Positions 10,009-20,439 of a stretch of 64,000 nt of DNA are shown in pieces. The stretch covers positions 4,049-68,048 of the forward strand of contig CAIZGG010000282.1 in NCBI GenBank assembly GCA_903932425.1, in the 5' to 3' direction. Made by a program: the position numbers and the translations under genes. A model generated the notes under the pieces. That model saw only the letters and a program-made list of their open reading frames with translations, ran no database searches and was not told the DNA's origin. This DNA comes from an uncultured beta proteobacterium. Lineage in GTDB: Bacteria > Pseudomonadota > Gammaproteobacteria > Burkholderiales > Burkholderiaceae_B. Numbering within the stretch: position 1 is the stretch's first letter; each line of letters begins with the position of its first letter.

Positions 10009-10872
10009 ATGCGTAGTAAATTATTTGTACCTGCCTCGCGACCGGCATTATTTGCAAAGGCCCTGGCCAGCGCTGCTGATGCGATTTCGTTTGACCTTGA
10101 AGATGCTGTTGAAGAAAGCAGCAAGCCCGCAGCTCGAGCAGCCTTACAAACGCTGTTTAAAGACGATTTATCAGCGCACCATAAACTGATTGTGGTGCGC
10201 ATTAACGCGATTGACACGCCGCACTTTGCCGCAGATCTTGATGCGATTGTTTGTGCCGCTACCCATATCGTCAATATTCCAATGGTCGAAGATCCTGATA
10301 CCCTTCGAGCCGTCGCTGCAGAGCTTGAGCGTCTTGAAAAGGCTCGAGGCCTTGCCCGACCAATTGGCATCTTGGTCAATATTGAATCACCCAAAGGGCT
10401 ACGGCGTGCCGCAGAATTGGCCTGTGCACACCCGCGCGTGGTGGGGTTGCAGATCGGTTTTGGTGACTTGTTGGCACCGTTAGGCATTGTGTCCTGCGAA
10501 CCGGCGGCTTTACAGGCTGTTCGTGTCGCCGTGCGCTTTGCGGCCGGCGAGGCGGGTATCCATGCCTATGATGGTGCCTTCGTGGATATCGCCAATCCTG
10601 AGGCGTTCAAGCTTGACGCGCAGGCGGCACAACGCCTGGGTTTCTCAGGTAAAAGTTGCATTCACCCAACGCAGATCGCTTTGGCGAACGAGGTATTCCG
10701 GCCAAGCGATGCAGCGATCGCTCACGCAGTCAGGGTTCTTGAGGCAACGAGCCAAAAATTAGCTGAAGGGGTTGGCGCGTTTGTAGTTGATGGCCGACTG
10801 ATTGACGGCCCGTTTATTACCGAGGCCGAACACACCGTCGCACTCGCTAAGCGATTAGGCTTGCTGAGTTAA
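10009..10872 (+). CDS. CitE/HpcH-family CoA-ester lyase (citryl-/malyl-/citramalyl-CoA lyase-like)
   Basis: RSKLFVPA, DLEDAV, VRIN, NIES, GKSCIHPTQ. Confidence 0.88.
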   Translation: MRSKLFVPASRPALFAKALASAADAISFDLEDAVEESSKPAARAALQTLFKDDLSAHHKLIVVRINAIDTPHFAADLDAIVCAATHIVNIPMVEDPDTLRAVAAELERLEKARGLARPIGILVNIESPKGLRRAAELACAHPRVVGLQIGFGDLLAPLGIVSCEPAALQAVRVAVRFAAGEAGIHAYDGAFVDIANPEAFKLDAQAAQRLGFSGKSCIHPTQIALANEVFRPSDAAIAHAVRVLEATSQKLAEGVGAFVVDGRLIDGPFITEAEHTVALAKRLGLLS

Positions 10873-10873
10873 A

Positions 10874-10901
10874 GTTCGACTCACCAATTGGTGAGTCGAA
10901 C
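10874..10901. repeat. Perfect 28-bp palindrome with no loop
   Basis: GTTCGACTCACCAA|TTGGTGAGTCGAAC, immediately after the citE-like stop codon. Confidence 0.9.
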
Positions 10902-10921
10902 ACTCATCTAATGTGTGTATA

Positions 10922-10964
10922 GCCGGCGTGCGCTTTTCGGTGCCGTTTTTCGCTGCACGCCGGC
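10922..10964. terminator. Hairpin between convergent genes, possible terminator
   Basis: GCCGGCGTGC (10922-10931) pairs with GCACGCCGGC (10955-10964). The loop is large and there is no clear U-tract. Confidence 0.4.
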
Positions 10965-10972
10965 GGCTGACC

Positions 10973-11590
10973 TCAAACAGTTGTTAAGACGTCTTCAACA
11001 GGCAAGCGTGGCTTTTGTGGCCAGTTGCCTGGTGCTGCATAGCCAACCGCCACTAGCATGGCAGGGATCTCGTTGGCAGCAAGTTTAAATTCGCGGGATA
11101 CATCTGCTGGCACGAAACCAATCATTGGGCCACTGACCAAACCCATGCCTTGCGCCGCTAACATTAAGGTCATTGCGCCCATCGAGGCAGAACGAATGGC
11201 TTCATCCCGTTGACGCTCTGGATTATTTTCATGGCCGCCGGCAGCCATAGCGACCCAGCTATCGCACATGGCTTGATCGAGCACGCCAGCATCGATCGAG
11301 GGCTTTAAAGCCTTGGCCAGCGTCTTGTGCGCTTCAAGGGTCCCGCAAACAATGAAAGTGACCGACGCATCAACAATTTTTTGCTGACCGTACGAGACGG
11401 CCTTCAGACGTTCTTTCGCCTCTTTAGACTGAACTGCAATGAATTTCCAGTTCTGAAAATTAAACGCGGTAGGGGCACAGGTGGCAAGGCGCACCAGTTC
11501 TTTGATTTGTGCAGCGCTCAGTTCTTTAGTGGGGTCAAATTGATTGGCAGAAATACGCTGTTCAATGATCGTGTTGATAGGGCTTGTCAT
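10973..11590 (-). CDS. Nitroreductase family protein
   Basis: QRISANQF, APTAFNFQNWKF, LMLAAQGMGL, GPMIGF. Confidence 0.9.
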   Translation of the reverse strand: MTSPINTIIEQRISANQFDPTKELSAAQIKELVRLATCAPTAFNFQNWKFIAVQSKEAKERLKAVSYGQQKIVDASVTFIVCGTLEAHKTLAKALKPSIDAGVLDQAMCDSWVAMAAGGHENNPERQRDEAIRSASMGAMTLMLAAQGMGLVSGPMIGFVPADVSREFKLAANEIPAMLVAVGYAAPGNWPQKPRLPVEDVLTTV

Positions 11591-11634
11591 GGTGTGGCTC
11601 AGTCTGTAAAAAAATAAAAATAAAAATAAAAAAA

Positions 11635-14600
11635 TTAGGTGGTTAACGCTTGCGCCAAAAGTCGAGCGGTATGTACGGCCTGCACGTCGGCACCGTCATG
11701 AATCTGGTGCCGACAACTTGTGCCATCGGCCACCACCACTGTGCTTGCCGCGCGATTGCGTACGGCGGGCAAAAGTGAGAGCTCGGCCATTTGCATTGAG
11801 GCTTGGTGGTGTTCGACCTCGTAGCCAAAGCTGCCGGCCATCCCGCAACACGACGACTCAACTGTTGATATCTTAAGTTCTGGAATCCAGCTCAACACCG
11901 TCTGAACAGGAGACAACGCATCAAAGGCCTTCTGATGGCAATGACCATGTAGCAGTGCATTGTTGTAGTCGATGGGTTGCAGCGTCAGCTTAAAACGACC
12001 TGCTTTTTGTTCGCGTACTAAAAATTCTTCAAACAAAAAGGCTTGTTCTGCAAGTTTTTCGGCCTCGGCACCGTAGCCGTAGTGCAAAAACTCGTCTCGT
12101 AGCGTGAGCAGGCAAGAGGGTTCAAGTCCGACGATTGCGATGCCCTTGGTGACATAAGGCATTAGTGTATCGAGCGTGCGCCTGGCTTCGGCTTTTGCTT
12201 GATCGATTAAGCCAGCCGATAAAAATGTTCGACCACAGCATAGCGGGCGCTCGCCCGGACGCACATTCAGGTGAACGGTGTAGCCGGCGGCTTGCAGCAC
12301 GCGCTGCGCTGCCTGCGCGTTTTCAGCTTCCAGATAATTGCTGAAGGTATCGACAAACAGTAAAACATCTTTGCCGGTTGCTTCTTTCGCGTCGTGGTCA
12401 CTTAACGCAGGGGCGCGGCTCAGTGTGCTGGTTAAAAAGGGTGCCTTGAATTTAGGTAACGAGCGTGCGGTCGCAAAGCCCAGTGCGCGCTTGGCCAATG
12501 GCCCAAACACCGGCACGGCTTGGGCAAAGCTGAGCAAACCGCCCAGACGACTTGCCCAGGGCGCGTAATGTGGCATGAATGCAATCAGGCGCTCGCGTAA
12601 GGTGAGACCATGTACCTTGCCCCACGCTGCGCGGGCCTCAATTTTTATTTTGGCCATGTCCACGCCTGTGGGGCAGTCGCGCTTACAGCCCTTGCAGGAC
12701 ACACACAAATCCAAAGCGTCTTTGACCTCTGCGCTGGCTAAGCCCGCTTGGCCGATCTGACCTGATAAGGCAAGTCGCAAGGTATTGGCACGGCCACGCG
12801 TGACGTGTTGTTCATCTTTGGTGATGCGATAACTGGGGCACATGGTGCCCGCATCAAACTTGCGGCAATGGCCGTTGTTATTGCACATCTCGACAGCCGA
12901 AGCGAGTCCGTTACTGAGGTCTAAGCCTGTTCCTGGCTGAGTCTCGTCGCCGGTTAAGGGGTCGCGTAGGACGTTCCAGGCCGACCAGTCCAGGCCAGTT
13001 TGCAAGGCGGGCACTTGATACCCAGGTGCATACCGAAAATTATTTCGATCGTCCATTTTTGGCGGCCGAACAATTTTGTCTGGGTTAAAACGATTATCCG
13101 GGTCAAACAGCGCTTTGATTTCGGTAAACGCCTGATGGATGCGCGGGCCGTATTGCCACGACACCCATTCACCTCGGCACAAACCATCGCCGTGCTCGCC
13201 CGAGAAAGCGCCTTTGTATTCGCGCACTAGGGCGGAGGTTTCCTCTGCAATGGCACGCATTTTGACCGCACCATCGCGGCGCATATCTAAAATCGGACGA
13301 ACATGCAGCGTACCGACACTAGCGTGGGCATACCATGTGCCCTCGGTGCCATAACGATGAAAGACCTCGGTCAGGCGATCGGTGTACTGGGCAAGATGCT
13401 CAAGGGGTACCGCGCAATCTTCAACAAAGGAGACGGGTTTGCCATCACCCTTCATGCTCATCATGATGTTCAAGCCGGCTTTTCGCACATCCCATAGTGC
13501 CTTTTGGGCCTGTGCTTCAGGCATCTTCACAACACTGTTGGGCAGCCCATGATCGCTGAGCAAGGCGTCTAACTCATCCAGCTTTTTAAGCAAGGCAGCT
13601 TGATATTCACCCGCAAACTCGACCAACAAAATCGCAGCAGGCTGTCCGAGTAGCGCTTTTTCTACGACGGGGCGAAAGGCGGGGTTCGATAACGCGAGGT
13701 CGATCATGGTTCGATCGACCAGCTCAACGGCAGTCGGCTTAAGCGTCACAATGTGCTGCGCCGAATCCATTGCTTTATAGAAGCTTTCAAAGTTCACGAC
13801 CCCCAACACCTTGTGCACGGGAAGCGGACATAGCTTGAGTGTAATTTGACGACTGTAGGCGAGGGTGCCTTCTGACCCTACCAACAAATGTGCCAGATTG
13901 GCGACACCGTCATCGGTGTAGGCGCGTGGGTTTTGGCAATCGAAGAGATCAATGTTATAGCCTGCGACACGCCGTAAAACCTTTGGGATACGCTCTGCGA
14001 GTTCAGCGCGTTCACGTGTGGCGATCGTTTTAAGAGACTCTAAAATATTTTGTAAGCGTGCGCCAGATACTGGGGTGTTTAATGAACCAAAATTTGCCTG
14101 GGTGCCGTCGGCCAAGACAGCATCGACGCTGAGCACGTTGTGTACCATGTTGCCGTACTCTATCGAACGCGAGCCACACGAGTTGTTGCCGGTCATCCCT
14201 CCGATCGTGCACTGCGCACTGGTAGAGACATCTACCGGAAACCACAAACCATGGGGTTTGAGCCAGGCATTTAAATGATCGAGCACCATGCCCGGTTCAA
14301 CGGTGATCGTCATCGCGTTTGCGTCAAAGGCAATGACGTTGCACAGCCATTTACTGTTATCAATGATCAGTGCATCGCCAACGGTCTGACCGCATTGACT
14401 TGTCCCCGCACCGCGAGACAGCACCGCTACCTTTTGATCTCGTGCAATATCCAGAGCGCGCAGTACGTCGGCCTGATCGCGTGGCACGACCACACCAATT
14501 GGTGTGATTTGATAGATCGAGGCATCGGTTGAATAACGACCGCGTGACGCGGTGTCAAACAGTACGTCGCCGCGAAGGTCTTTTTTGAGCAGTTGGGCGA

Positions 14601-14670
14601 GCGGCGAGGCGCCACTCGCATTGGCCGGGAAAAAATGCAACGGCTGAGCGCGAGTGATCGATGCGAGCAC
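11635..14670 (-). CDS. FAD-binding/4Fe-4S oxidoreductase (GlcD/GlcF fusion, YdiJ/Dld-II-like)
   Basis: RGAGTSQCGQ, GEHGDG, CNNNGHC, CVSCKGCKRDCP, and CCG domains. Confidence 0.9.
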   Translation of the reverse strand: MLASITRAQPLHFFPANASGASPLAQLLKKDLRGDVLFDTASRGRYSTDASIYQITPIGVVVPRDQADVLRALDIARDQKVAVLSRGAGTSQCGQTVGDALIIDNSKWLCNVIAFDANAMTITVEPGMVLDHLNAWLKPHGLWFPVDVSTSAQCTIGGMTGNNSCGSRSIEYGNMVHNVLSVDAVLADGTQANFGSLNTPVSGARLQNILESLKTIATRERAELAERIPKVLRRVAGYNIDLFDCQNPRAYTDDGVANLAHLLVGSEGTLAYSRQITLKLCPLPVHKVLGVVNFESFYKAMDSAQHIVTLKPTAVELVDRTMIDLALSNPAFRPVVEKALLGQPAAILLVEFAGEYQAALLKKLDELDALLSDHGLPNSVVKMPEAQAQKALWDVRKAGLNIMMSMKGDGKPVSFVEDCAVPLEHLAQYTDRLTEVFHRYGTEGTWYAHASVGTLHVRPILDMRRDGAVKMRAIAEETSALVREYKGAFSGEHGDGLCRGEWVSWQYGPRIHQAFTEIKALFDPDNRFNPDKIVRPPKMDDRNNFRYAPGYQVPALQTGLDWSAWNVLRDPLTGDETQPGTGLDLSNGLASAVEMCNNNGHCRKFDAGTMCPSYRITKDEQHVTRGRANTLRLALSGQIGQAGLASAEVKDALDLCVSCKGCKRDCPTGVDMAKIKIEARAAWGKVHGLTLRERLIAFMPHYAPWASRLGGLLSFAQAVPVFGPLAKRALGFATARSLPKFKAPFLTSTLSRAPALSDHDAKEATGKDVLLFVDTFSNYLEAENAQAAQRVLQAAGYTVHLNVRPGERPLCCGRTFLSAGLIDQAKAEARRTLDTLMPYVTKGIAIVGLEPSCLLTLRDEFLHYGYGAEAEKLAEQAFLFEEFLVREQKAGRFKLTLQPIDYNNALLHGHCHQKAFDALSPVQTVLSWIPELKISTVESSCCGMAGSFGYEVEHHQASMQMAELSLLPAVRNRAASTVVVADGTSCRHQIHDGADVQAVHTARLLAQALTT

Positions 14671-14672
14671 GC

Positions 14673-15887
14673 TTACGCTCCGTTTGAGAAATAGTCCATG
14701 CCCGCTTGTACGCCGCTACCCGCTAGCTTGACACCAGAGAGCTTGAGGCCCATCTCGACCCCCGCCAGCGTTGCCAGTAGGGTGAGGTCGTTGCTGTCGC
14801 CCAGGTGACCAATACGAAACATGCGCCCTTTGACCTTGCCTAAGCCTGTACCCAAAGATAAATCAAAACGCTGCTGAATCAATTTACGGATTTCATCAGC
14901 GTCAACGCCCTCAGGGGTAATGACACCCGTCAAAATGGGGGAGTACACGCTAGGATCAGCACATTGAATCGGTAAGCCCCAAGCGGTGACCGCAGCGCGC
15001 ACGCCAGCCGCCCAGCGCTGATGACGCGCAAAGACTCTGTCCATGCCTTCTTCGGCCAGCATGTCAATGACTTCTGAGAGGCCGTATAAAAGGTTCGTGC
15101 TCGAGGTTGAGGGCCAGTAGCCTCCTTTGTTCATCTCGATGACTTCGTCCCACGCCCAAAATGAGCGCGGCATTTTTGCAGATTTTGAGGCTTCAATCGC
15201 ACGCGCAGAGAGAGCGTTAAAGCTCAGGCCCGGAGGTAGCATCAAGCCTTTTTGCGAGGCTGCCATGGAAACGTCGACACCCCATTCATCGTGACGATAG
15301 TCGGCAGAGCCCAGCCCCGAGATCGTATCGACCATCAAAAGCGCTGGATGTTTGGCATCATCAATGGCTTTGCGCACGGCGGCTATGTCGGAGGTTACGC
15401 CGGTTGATGTTTCGTTATGAACGACACAGACGGCCTTGATGCTGTGCTCGCGATCTTGAACCAGACGATCATGAATCTGATTGGCTTGAACCCCGCGTCG
15501 CCAGCCTGCTAAACCAGGTAATTGATCGTCATGACCTTGAAATGACAGCACCTCAGTTTTAAGTCCGAGTCGGGTGGCAAGGCGGTTCCAGAGAAAGGCG
15601 AAATGGCCGGTTTCATACATCAGTACATGATCACCAGGGCTCAGGGTATTCGCCAGAGCCGCCTCCCAGGCACCCGTGCCCGAGGCGGGATAGATGATGA
15701 CGGGTTGCTTGGTCTTGAAAATGGTTTGCATGCCCTCAATGGCCTTGCGACCCAGGCCCGCAAACTCTGGGCCACGATGGTCGATGGTTGGCAGGCTGAT
15801 GGCACGCAGCACTCGGTCGGGTACGGGGCTTGGGCCGGGGATTTGCAAGAAATGGCGGCCAGTAGGGTGAAAGTTAAGCTTAATCAT
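14673..15887 (-). CDS. Serine/alanine--glyoxylate aminotransferase (class V PLP)
   Basis: LQIPGPS, HNETSTG, DTISG, SQKGLMLPPG, FRIGHLG. ATG at 15887 follows GGAG. Confidence 0.9.
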   Translation of the reverse strand: MIKLNFHPTGRHFLQIPGPSPVPDRVLRAISLPTIDHRGPEFAGLGRKAIEGMQTIFKTKQPVIIYPASGTGAWEAALANTLSPGDHVLMYETGHFAFLWNRLATRLGLKTEVLSFQGHDDQLPGLAGWRRGVQANQIHDRLVQDREHSIKAVCVVHNETSTGVTSDIAAVRKAIDDAKHPALLMVDTISGLGSADYRHDEWGVDVSMAASQKGLMLPPGLSFNALSARAIEASKSAKMPRSFWAWDEVIEMNKGGYWPSTSSTNLLYGLSEVIDMLAEEGMDRVFARHQRWAAGVRAAVTAWGLPIQCADPSVYSPILTGVITPEGVDADEIRKLIQQRFDLSLGTGLGKVKGRMFRIGHLGDSNDLTLLATLAGVEMGLKLSGVKLAGSGVQAGMDYFSNGA

Positions 15888-16096
15888 CGAGACTCCAGGC
15901 AATATATACGGGCAAATTACCACAATCGGCGTGTCTCTGAGCACGGATCGATTCAATCTACGAAAAGACTCAGAGAGAGATCCTAAAAGAATTGGCAACT
16001 AAAAGGTGGTATCTTATGGTTCTATGTACTTTGAGCGCCGTGCTAAGGCCGCCCAAAAGTCGGTAAACAAGAAACAAAAAGGCACTTGAGCGGCCT

Positions 16097-17563
16097 GTGA
16101 GACAAAGATTTTTTCGTTTTGACGCGTTTGGTGGTGTGCTGATTGCGTTGGTTGTTGGGTGCCAAACGGGCTGCGCGCCGTTGCCGCCCGCAGACGCTCG
16201 GTTCACCGAAAAAACCAGTCAAGATTTTGCCGCAACAGCTTCGTTCGCGGCGCCCTCGATCTCCTGGCCAGCAGATCAGTGGTGGCTGGGCTATCAAGAC
16301 GAGCAGTTGAATCAGCTTTTACGCGAGGCCCTCGCGGATTCGCCCGATCTGGCTATTGCTCAGGCCCGCGTTCTGCGCGCGCAGGCGCTCGCTGAGGTGG
16401 CCGGTGCACCCTTGTTGCCTCAGGTCTCGGCGACAGGCATCGTGACATCGCAGCGGCTAAGCTATAACTACTTGACGCCCGAGGCCAGTGTGACGCGCGG
16501 CTGGAACCAGTTCGGCCAGGCTGCGCTGAACATTACCTGGGAAATTGATTTTTGGGGTAAGTACAGGGCTGGACTTGCAGCGGCAACCTCGGAGCTTGAG
16601 GCGCGGTCTGCCGACCAGGCGCAGGCGACCCTCGTACTCACGACAGCGACCGCGTCAGCCTATGCCGAGCTTGCGCGCTTGTTTGCACAAAAAGAGGCCA
16701 CCGAGCGGGCGGTGGCGATCCGTGAAAAAACAGCCAGTCTCTTTGCAGAGCGCTTTACGCATGGGCTCGAAACGCGGGGGGGCGTACGAGAGGCCGACGC
16801 CAAGGGGGCGCAAGCCAAGACCGACCTGCTGTTGTTGAGCGAGCAGATTGCCTTGCAACGTAATCGCCTTGCGGCGCTGGTGGGTGCTGGGCCTGATCGA
16901 GGTCTTTCGGTGACGCGACCGAGCGTTACGCTAAATAAATCCTTTGGCTTGCCCGAGCGCTTGGCCGCCGACTTGTTGGGGCGTCGCCCCGATGTGGTCG
17001 CCGCCAGAGTGCAGGCGCAGGCGCAGGCGGCGCGTATCGATCAGAAGCAGGCTGACTTTTATCCCAATATCAACTTAGCTGGGTTTCTAGGTCTGCAATC
17101 GTTAGGGCTCGATCGTTTGGGGCAGGGGGGCTCGGTGTTTGGCAGTGTGGGCCCCGCGATTTCGCTGCCGATCTTCACCGGAGGTCGCTTGCAAGGAGAA
17201 CTCAAAAGTGCACGTGCCAGTTACGATGAGGCGGTAGCGAATTACAACCGTACCCTTGTACAAGCCTTTCAGGATGTCGCCGATGCGGTGACGAGTCTTA
17301 AAGCACTAAGCGGCCAGCTTGAGCAAGCCGAATTGGGGCTTGAGGCTGCGCAAGAGGCCTTTCAAATCGCCTCGAATCGTTATCGTGGTGGTTTATCAAA
17401 CTATTTGGATGTTTTGATCTCTGAAGACATCACGCTCACGAGCTTACGCATTGTGACTGACCTGAGAGCGCGTCGTTTTTCTTTGAATGTTGCCTTGGTG
17501 CGCGCCTTGGGCGGCGGTTACCAGTCTTTGAACACAAATCCTTTAATTTCACCTCGATCATGA
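16097..17563 (+). CDS. Efflux outer-membrane lipoprotein (NodT/TolC family)
   Basis: WW..DEQLNQL, WEIDFWGK, LLGRRPDV, LVRALGGG. Confidence 0.9.
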   Translation: MRQRFFRFDAFGGVLIALVVGCQTGCAPLPPADARFTEKTSQDFAATASFAAPSISWPADQWWLGYQDEQLNQLLREALADSPDLAIAQARVLRAQALAEVAGAPLLPQVSATGIVTSQRLSYNYLTPEASVTRGWNQFGQAALNITWEIDFWGKYRAGLAAATSELEARSADQAQATLVLTTATASAYAELARLFAQKEATERAVAIREKTASLFAERFTHGLETRGGVREADAKGAQAKTDLLLLSEQIALQRNRLAALVGAGPDRGLSVTRPSVTLNKSFGLPERLAADLLGRRPDVVAARVQAQAQAARIDQKQADFYPNINLAGFLGLQSLGLDRLGQGGSVFGSVGPAISLPIFTGGRLQGELKSARASYDEAVANYNRTLVQAFQDVADAVTSLKALSGQLEQAELGLEAAQEAFQIASNRYRGGLSNYLDVLISEDITLTSLRIVTDLRARRFSLNVALVRALGGGYQSLNTNPLISPRS

Positions 17564-18699
17564 CAGAACAGACCTCGGGTGCCGAACGGGCAAGCGGTGC
17601 GGCAGCGCGTATTGATCAACGAAAAAAGTTGTTGCTCAAACTGCTTGTGGTTGTCGTCGTCTCTGGCTGCGTATGGCTAGCGTATTGGTATTTTTATGGC
17701 TCTCGCTTCGTTTCAACAGACAATGCCTATACGGCTGTCGAGATTTCTCAAGTCACGCCATCTGTTGAAGGGACGGTAAAAGCCGTCAACGTGAATGATA
17801 CGCAACAGGTGCAAGAGGGGGATGTGTTGGCACTGATTGACGATGCCGATACTCGCCTTGCCTTACTCGCGGCACAAGCCGAGCTCGGTCGCGCCACGCG
17901 TCGTGTTGAAGGCTATTTTGCAAACGATCAATCGCTGGCTGCACAAGTGCTGGCGCGTGAGGCCGAAGAGCAGCGTGCGCAAGCCCAATTAACTGCCGCG
18001 CAGGCCGACGACAGTCGCGCAAGCATCGATTTGCGTCGTCGTCGTGCGCTCGAAAAATCTGGCTCGGTCTCGGGTGACGAGCTCACTCGCGCTGAAAATG
18101 CTGCGAGTGCGGCGAGTGCAAACTTAGCCGTCGCACGCGCGAATTTAGCTCTGGCGCGCGCGAATCTCGAGACAACGCGTGGGATGAAGCTCATGAACCA
18201 AACCTTAATTGCCGGTACCACCTTACAAGACAATCCCGAAGTGGTTTTCGCGCGCGCCAAAGCAGAACAAGCGCAGCTCAATCAAGAGCGCACCACCGTT
18301 CGCGCCCCTGTCGCCGGCGTGGTCGCTAAGCGGCAAGTGCAGGTCGGGCAACGTGTGCAGGCCGGTACCCCGATGTTGTCTGTTGTGCCAGTGCAATTGA
18401 TGCACGTCAACGCAAACTTCAAAGAGGTGCAATTGCCCAAAGTGAAGGTCGGGCAAGCGGTTGAACTGACCTCTGATCTGTACGGCGATGCGGTGGTGTT
18501 TAGAGGAGTCGTCGAGGGTTTTGCAGGCGGAACCGGTTCCGCTTTCGCTGTGATCCCTGCTCAAAATGCGACGGGCAACTGGATCAAGGTTGTGCAACGT
18601 GTCCCGGTGCGTATTAAGCTCGATCCAGACCAATTGAAAAAAAATCCTTTAACTGTTGGCCTCTCAATGACCGTGCGCATTGACGTCTCGGCTCGTTAA
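17560..18699 (+). CDS. emrA: EmrA/EmrK-type membrane fusion protein
   Basis: TDNAY, ANFKE, GTGSAFAVIPAQNATGNWIKVVQRVPVRI. Confidence 0.88.
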   Translation: MTEQTSGAERASGAAARIDQRKKLLLKLLVVVVVSGCVWLAYWYFYGSRFVSTDNAYTAVEISQVTPSVEGTVKAVNVNDTQQVQEGDVLALIDDADTRLALLAAQAELGRATRRVEGYFANDQSLAAQVLAREAEEQRAQAQLTAAQADDSRASIDLRRRRALEKSGSVSGDELTRAENAASAASANLAVARANLALARANLETTRGMKLMNQTLIAGTTLQDNPEVVFARAKAEQAQLNQERTTVRAPVAGVVAKRQVQVGQRVQAGTPMLSVVPVQLMHVNANFKEVQLPKVKVGQAVELTSDLYGDAVVFRGVVEGFAGGTGSAFAVIPAQNATGNWIKVVQRVPVRIKLDPDQLKKNPLTVGLSMTVRIDVSAR

Positions 18700-20265
18700 A
18701 TGTTCAAGTCCCTGAAAGCGACCCGTGATCAGTCGCTCGCGCCCCTCGAGGGGCGTACGCTCTGGATGGCGGCTGTCGTCATTGCGGGTGCAAATTTCAT
18801 GGCCGTGCTGGACATGACGATTGCCAACGTCTCGGTTCCGAACATTGCGGGTGGCCTGGCGGCAAGCACGAGCCAGGGGACTTGGGTGATTACGTCCTAT
18901 GCGGTTGCCGAGGCAATCGTGCTGCCTCTGACAGGCTGGCTGGCTGCGCGCGTTGGCTTGGTTCGTACGTTTCTTTGGGCGATGAGTCTGTTCGCTGTAT
19001 TTTCGATTTTCTGTGGGCTGTCGACCTCACTCGAGATGCTGGTGGTGGCGCGCGTGTTGCAAGGTTTTGCGGGTGGCCCCCTGATGCCTTTGTCGCAAAC
19101 CTTGTTGTTGCGTATCTTTCCAAAAGAGAAGGCGGGCATGGCGATTACGCTTTGGTCAATGACAACGTTACTTGCGCCCATTAGTGGCCCAGTGCTGGGC
19201 GGGTGGATTTGTGAAAACTGGTCGTGGTCGTGGATCTTTTTTATCAATTTGCCCTTGGGTTGTATTTCTGTTTTTTTTGCGACTAAGTTGTTATTGCGTT
19301 ATGAGCTGCCCCGCAAGCTGGTGCCCATCGATGCGATAGGCTTGGTGCTGTTGGTCGTTTGGGTAGGCGCGTTACAGATCATGCTTGATATCGGCAAAGA
19401 GCATGATTGGTTTGCCTCGACGCAAATTGTGGTTTTGGGCATCATTGTGGCGATTGGTTTTGTGGCGTTTCTGATTTGGGAGTTGACGGCTGAACATCCG
19501 ATCGTCGACCTCAGGGTGTTCAGGCACCGCGGCTTTACGGTAGCTGTGGCCGCGATGAGTATTGGTTTCTCTTCGTTTATGGTCTTGAATGTGCTGACCC
19601 CCTTATGGTTGCAGCTCAACATGGATTACACCGCTGGCCAAGCGGGTAGAACAATTGGCTGGACGGGAGTTTTTTCCCTTTGTATGGCGCCCCTGGTGGG
19701 CAGACTAGCGATCAAACTCGATCGTAGAAAGCTGGTCTCTGGCGGGTTACTTTGGTTGTCGGCGGTGACTGCCTTGCGCTTTTCTGGCAGTACCGATCTG
19801 ACGTACTGGCAGATCACCTTTCCGTTGATGGTGATGGGGCTGGGGATGCCCTTTTTCTTCATTTCTACCTCGGGTATGGCGTTGGCCAGCGTGAACGTCG
19901 AGGAGACGGCCTCGGCGGCCGGGCTATTGAATTTCTCTAGAACCTTATTGGGTGCTTTTGCAGTGTCGGTCATGACAACCGTATGGGACGACCACTCATC
20001 GCGAAATCACGCCGAGTTTGTTGGTTTAGTAGATGCCGACGGTGCTTTAATCAACGGTTTATTGCAAAGCGGCCTGACCACAGAGGTTGGTCAAGCGGTG
20101 TTGGATCGTTTGATTTCGACGCAGAGTGTCATGATTGCGACCAATGAAATCATGATGGTGGTTTCGGGTACCTTTTTTCTGGGTGCCTGCGTGATCTGGC
20201 TGGCTCCGCGTCCGCGCTCTTGGCATGGGCCGTCGGGGGGGCAGACTCGGCCGGCAAAAGGCTAG
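18700..20265 (+). CDS. emrB: EmrB/QacA DHA2 MFS efflux permease
   Basis: FMAVLDMTIANV, WVITSYAVAEAI, PLSQTLL, GKEHDWF. Confidence 0.9.
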   Translation: MFKSLKATRDQSLAPLEGRTLWMAAVVIAGANFMAVLDMTIANVSVPNIAGGLAASTSQGTWVITSYAVAEAIVLPLTGWLAARVGLVRTFLWAMSLFAVFSIFCGLSTSLEMLVVARVLQGFAGGPLMPLSQTLLLRIFPKEKAGMAITLWSMTTLLAPISGPVLGGWICENWSWSWIFFINLPLGCISVFFATKLLLRYELPRKLVPIDAIGLVLLVVWVGALQIMLDIGKEHDWFASTQIVVLGIIVAIGFVAFLIWELTAEHPIVDLRVFRHRGFTVAVAAMSIGFSSFMVLNVLTPLWLQLNMDYTAGQAGRTIGWTGVFSLCMAPLVGRLAIKLDRRKLVSGGLLWLSAVTALRFSGSTDLTYWQITFPLMVMGLGMPFFFISTSGMALASVNVEETASAAGLLNFSRTLLGAFAVSVMTTVWDDHSSRNHAEFVGLVDADGALINGLLQSGLTTEVGQAVLDRLISTQSVMIATNEIMMVVSGTFFLGACVIWLAPRPRSWHGPSGGQTRPAKG

Positions 20266-20439
20266 TGTGGCGTGTGCAGTCGAGTTCGGAACGCAGGCTT
20301 TTGGCGCCTAGCCTGCTCGATTGTGCCGAAACTTTTTTGTTCGCGAAGATATTTTGAGACGATGTGACCGTTTAAGTTGAACCTCTGCCCCTATACTTGG
20401 TCAGATTGACACCAGTAACTGCTTTGACGAGGTTTGTTC

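Noticed and set aside
11607-11635. (AAAAAT)n tract, and a similar A-rich tract near 49153-49191
   Set aside because: Short low-complexity intergenic or leader sequence with no evidence of a specific function.
16097-20265. Efflux operon as an acquired resistance element
   Set aside because: An ordinary chromosomal EmrAB-OMF arrangement with no mobility genes or flanking repeats seen.
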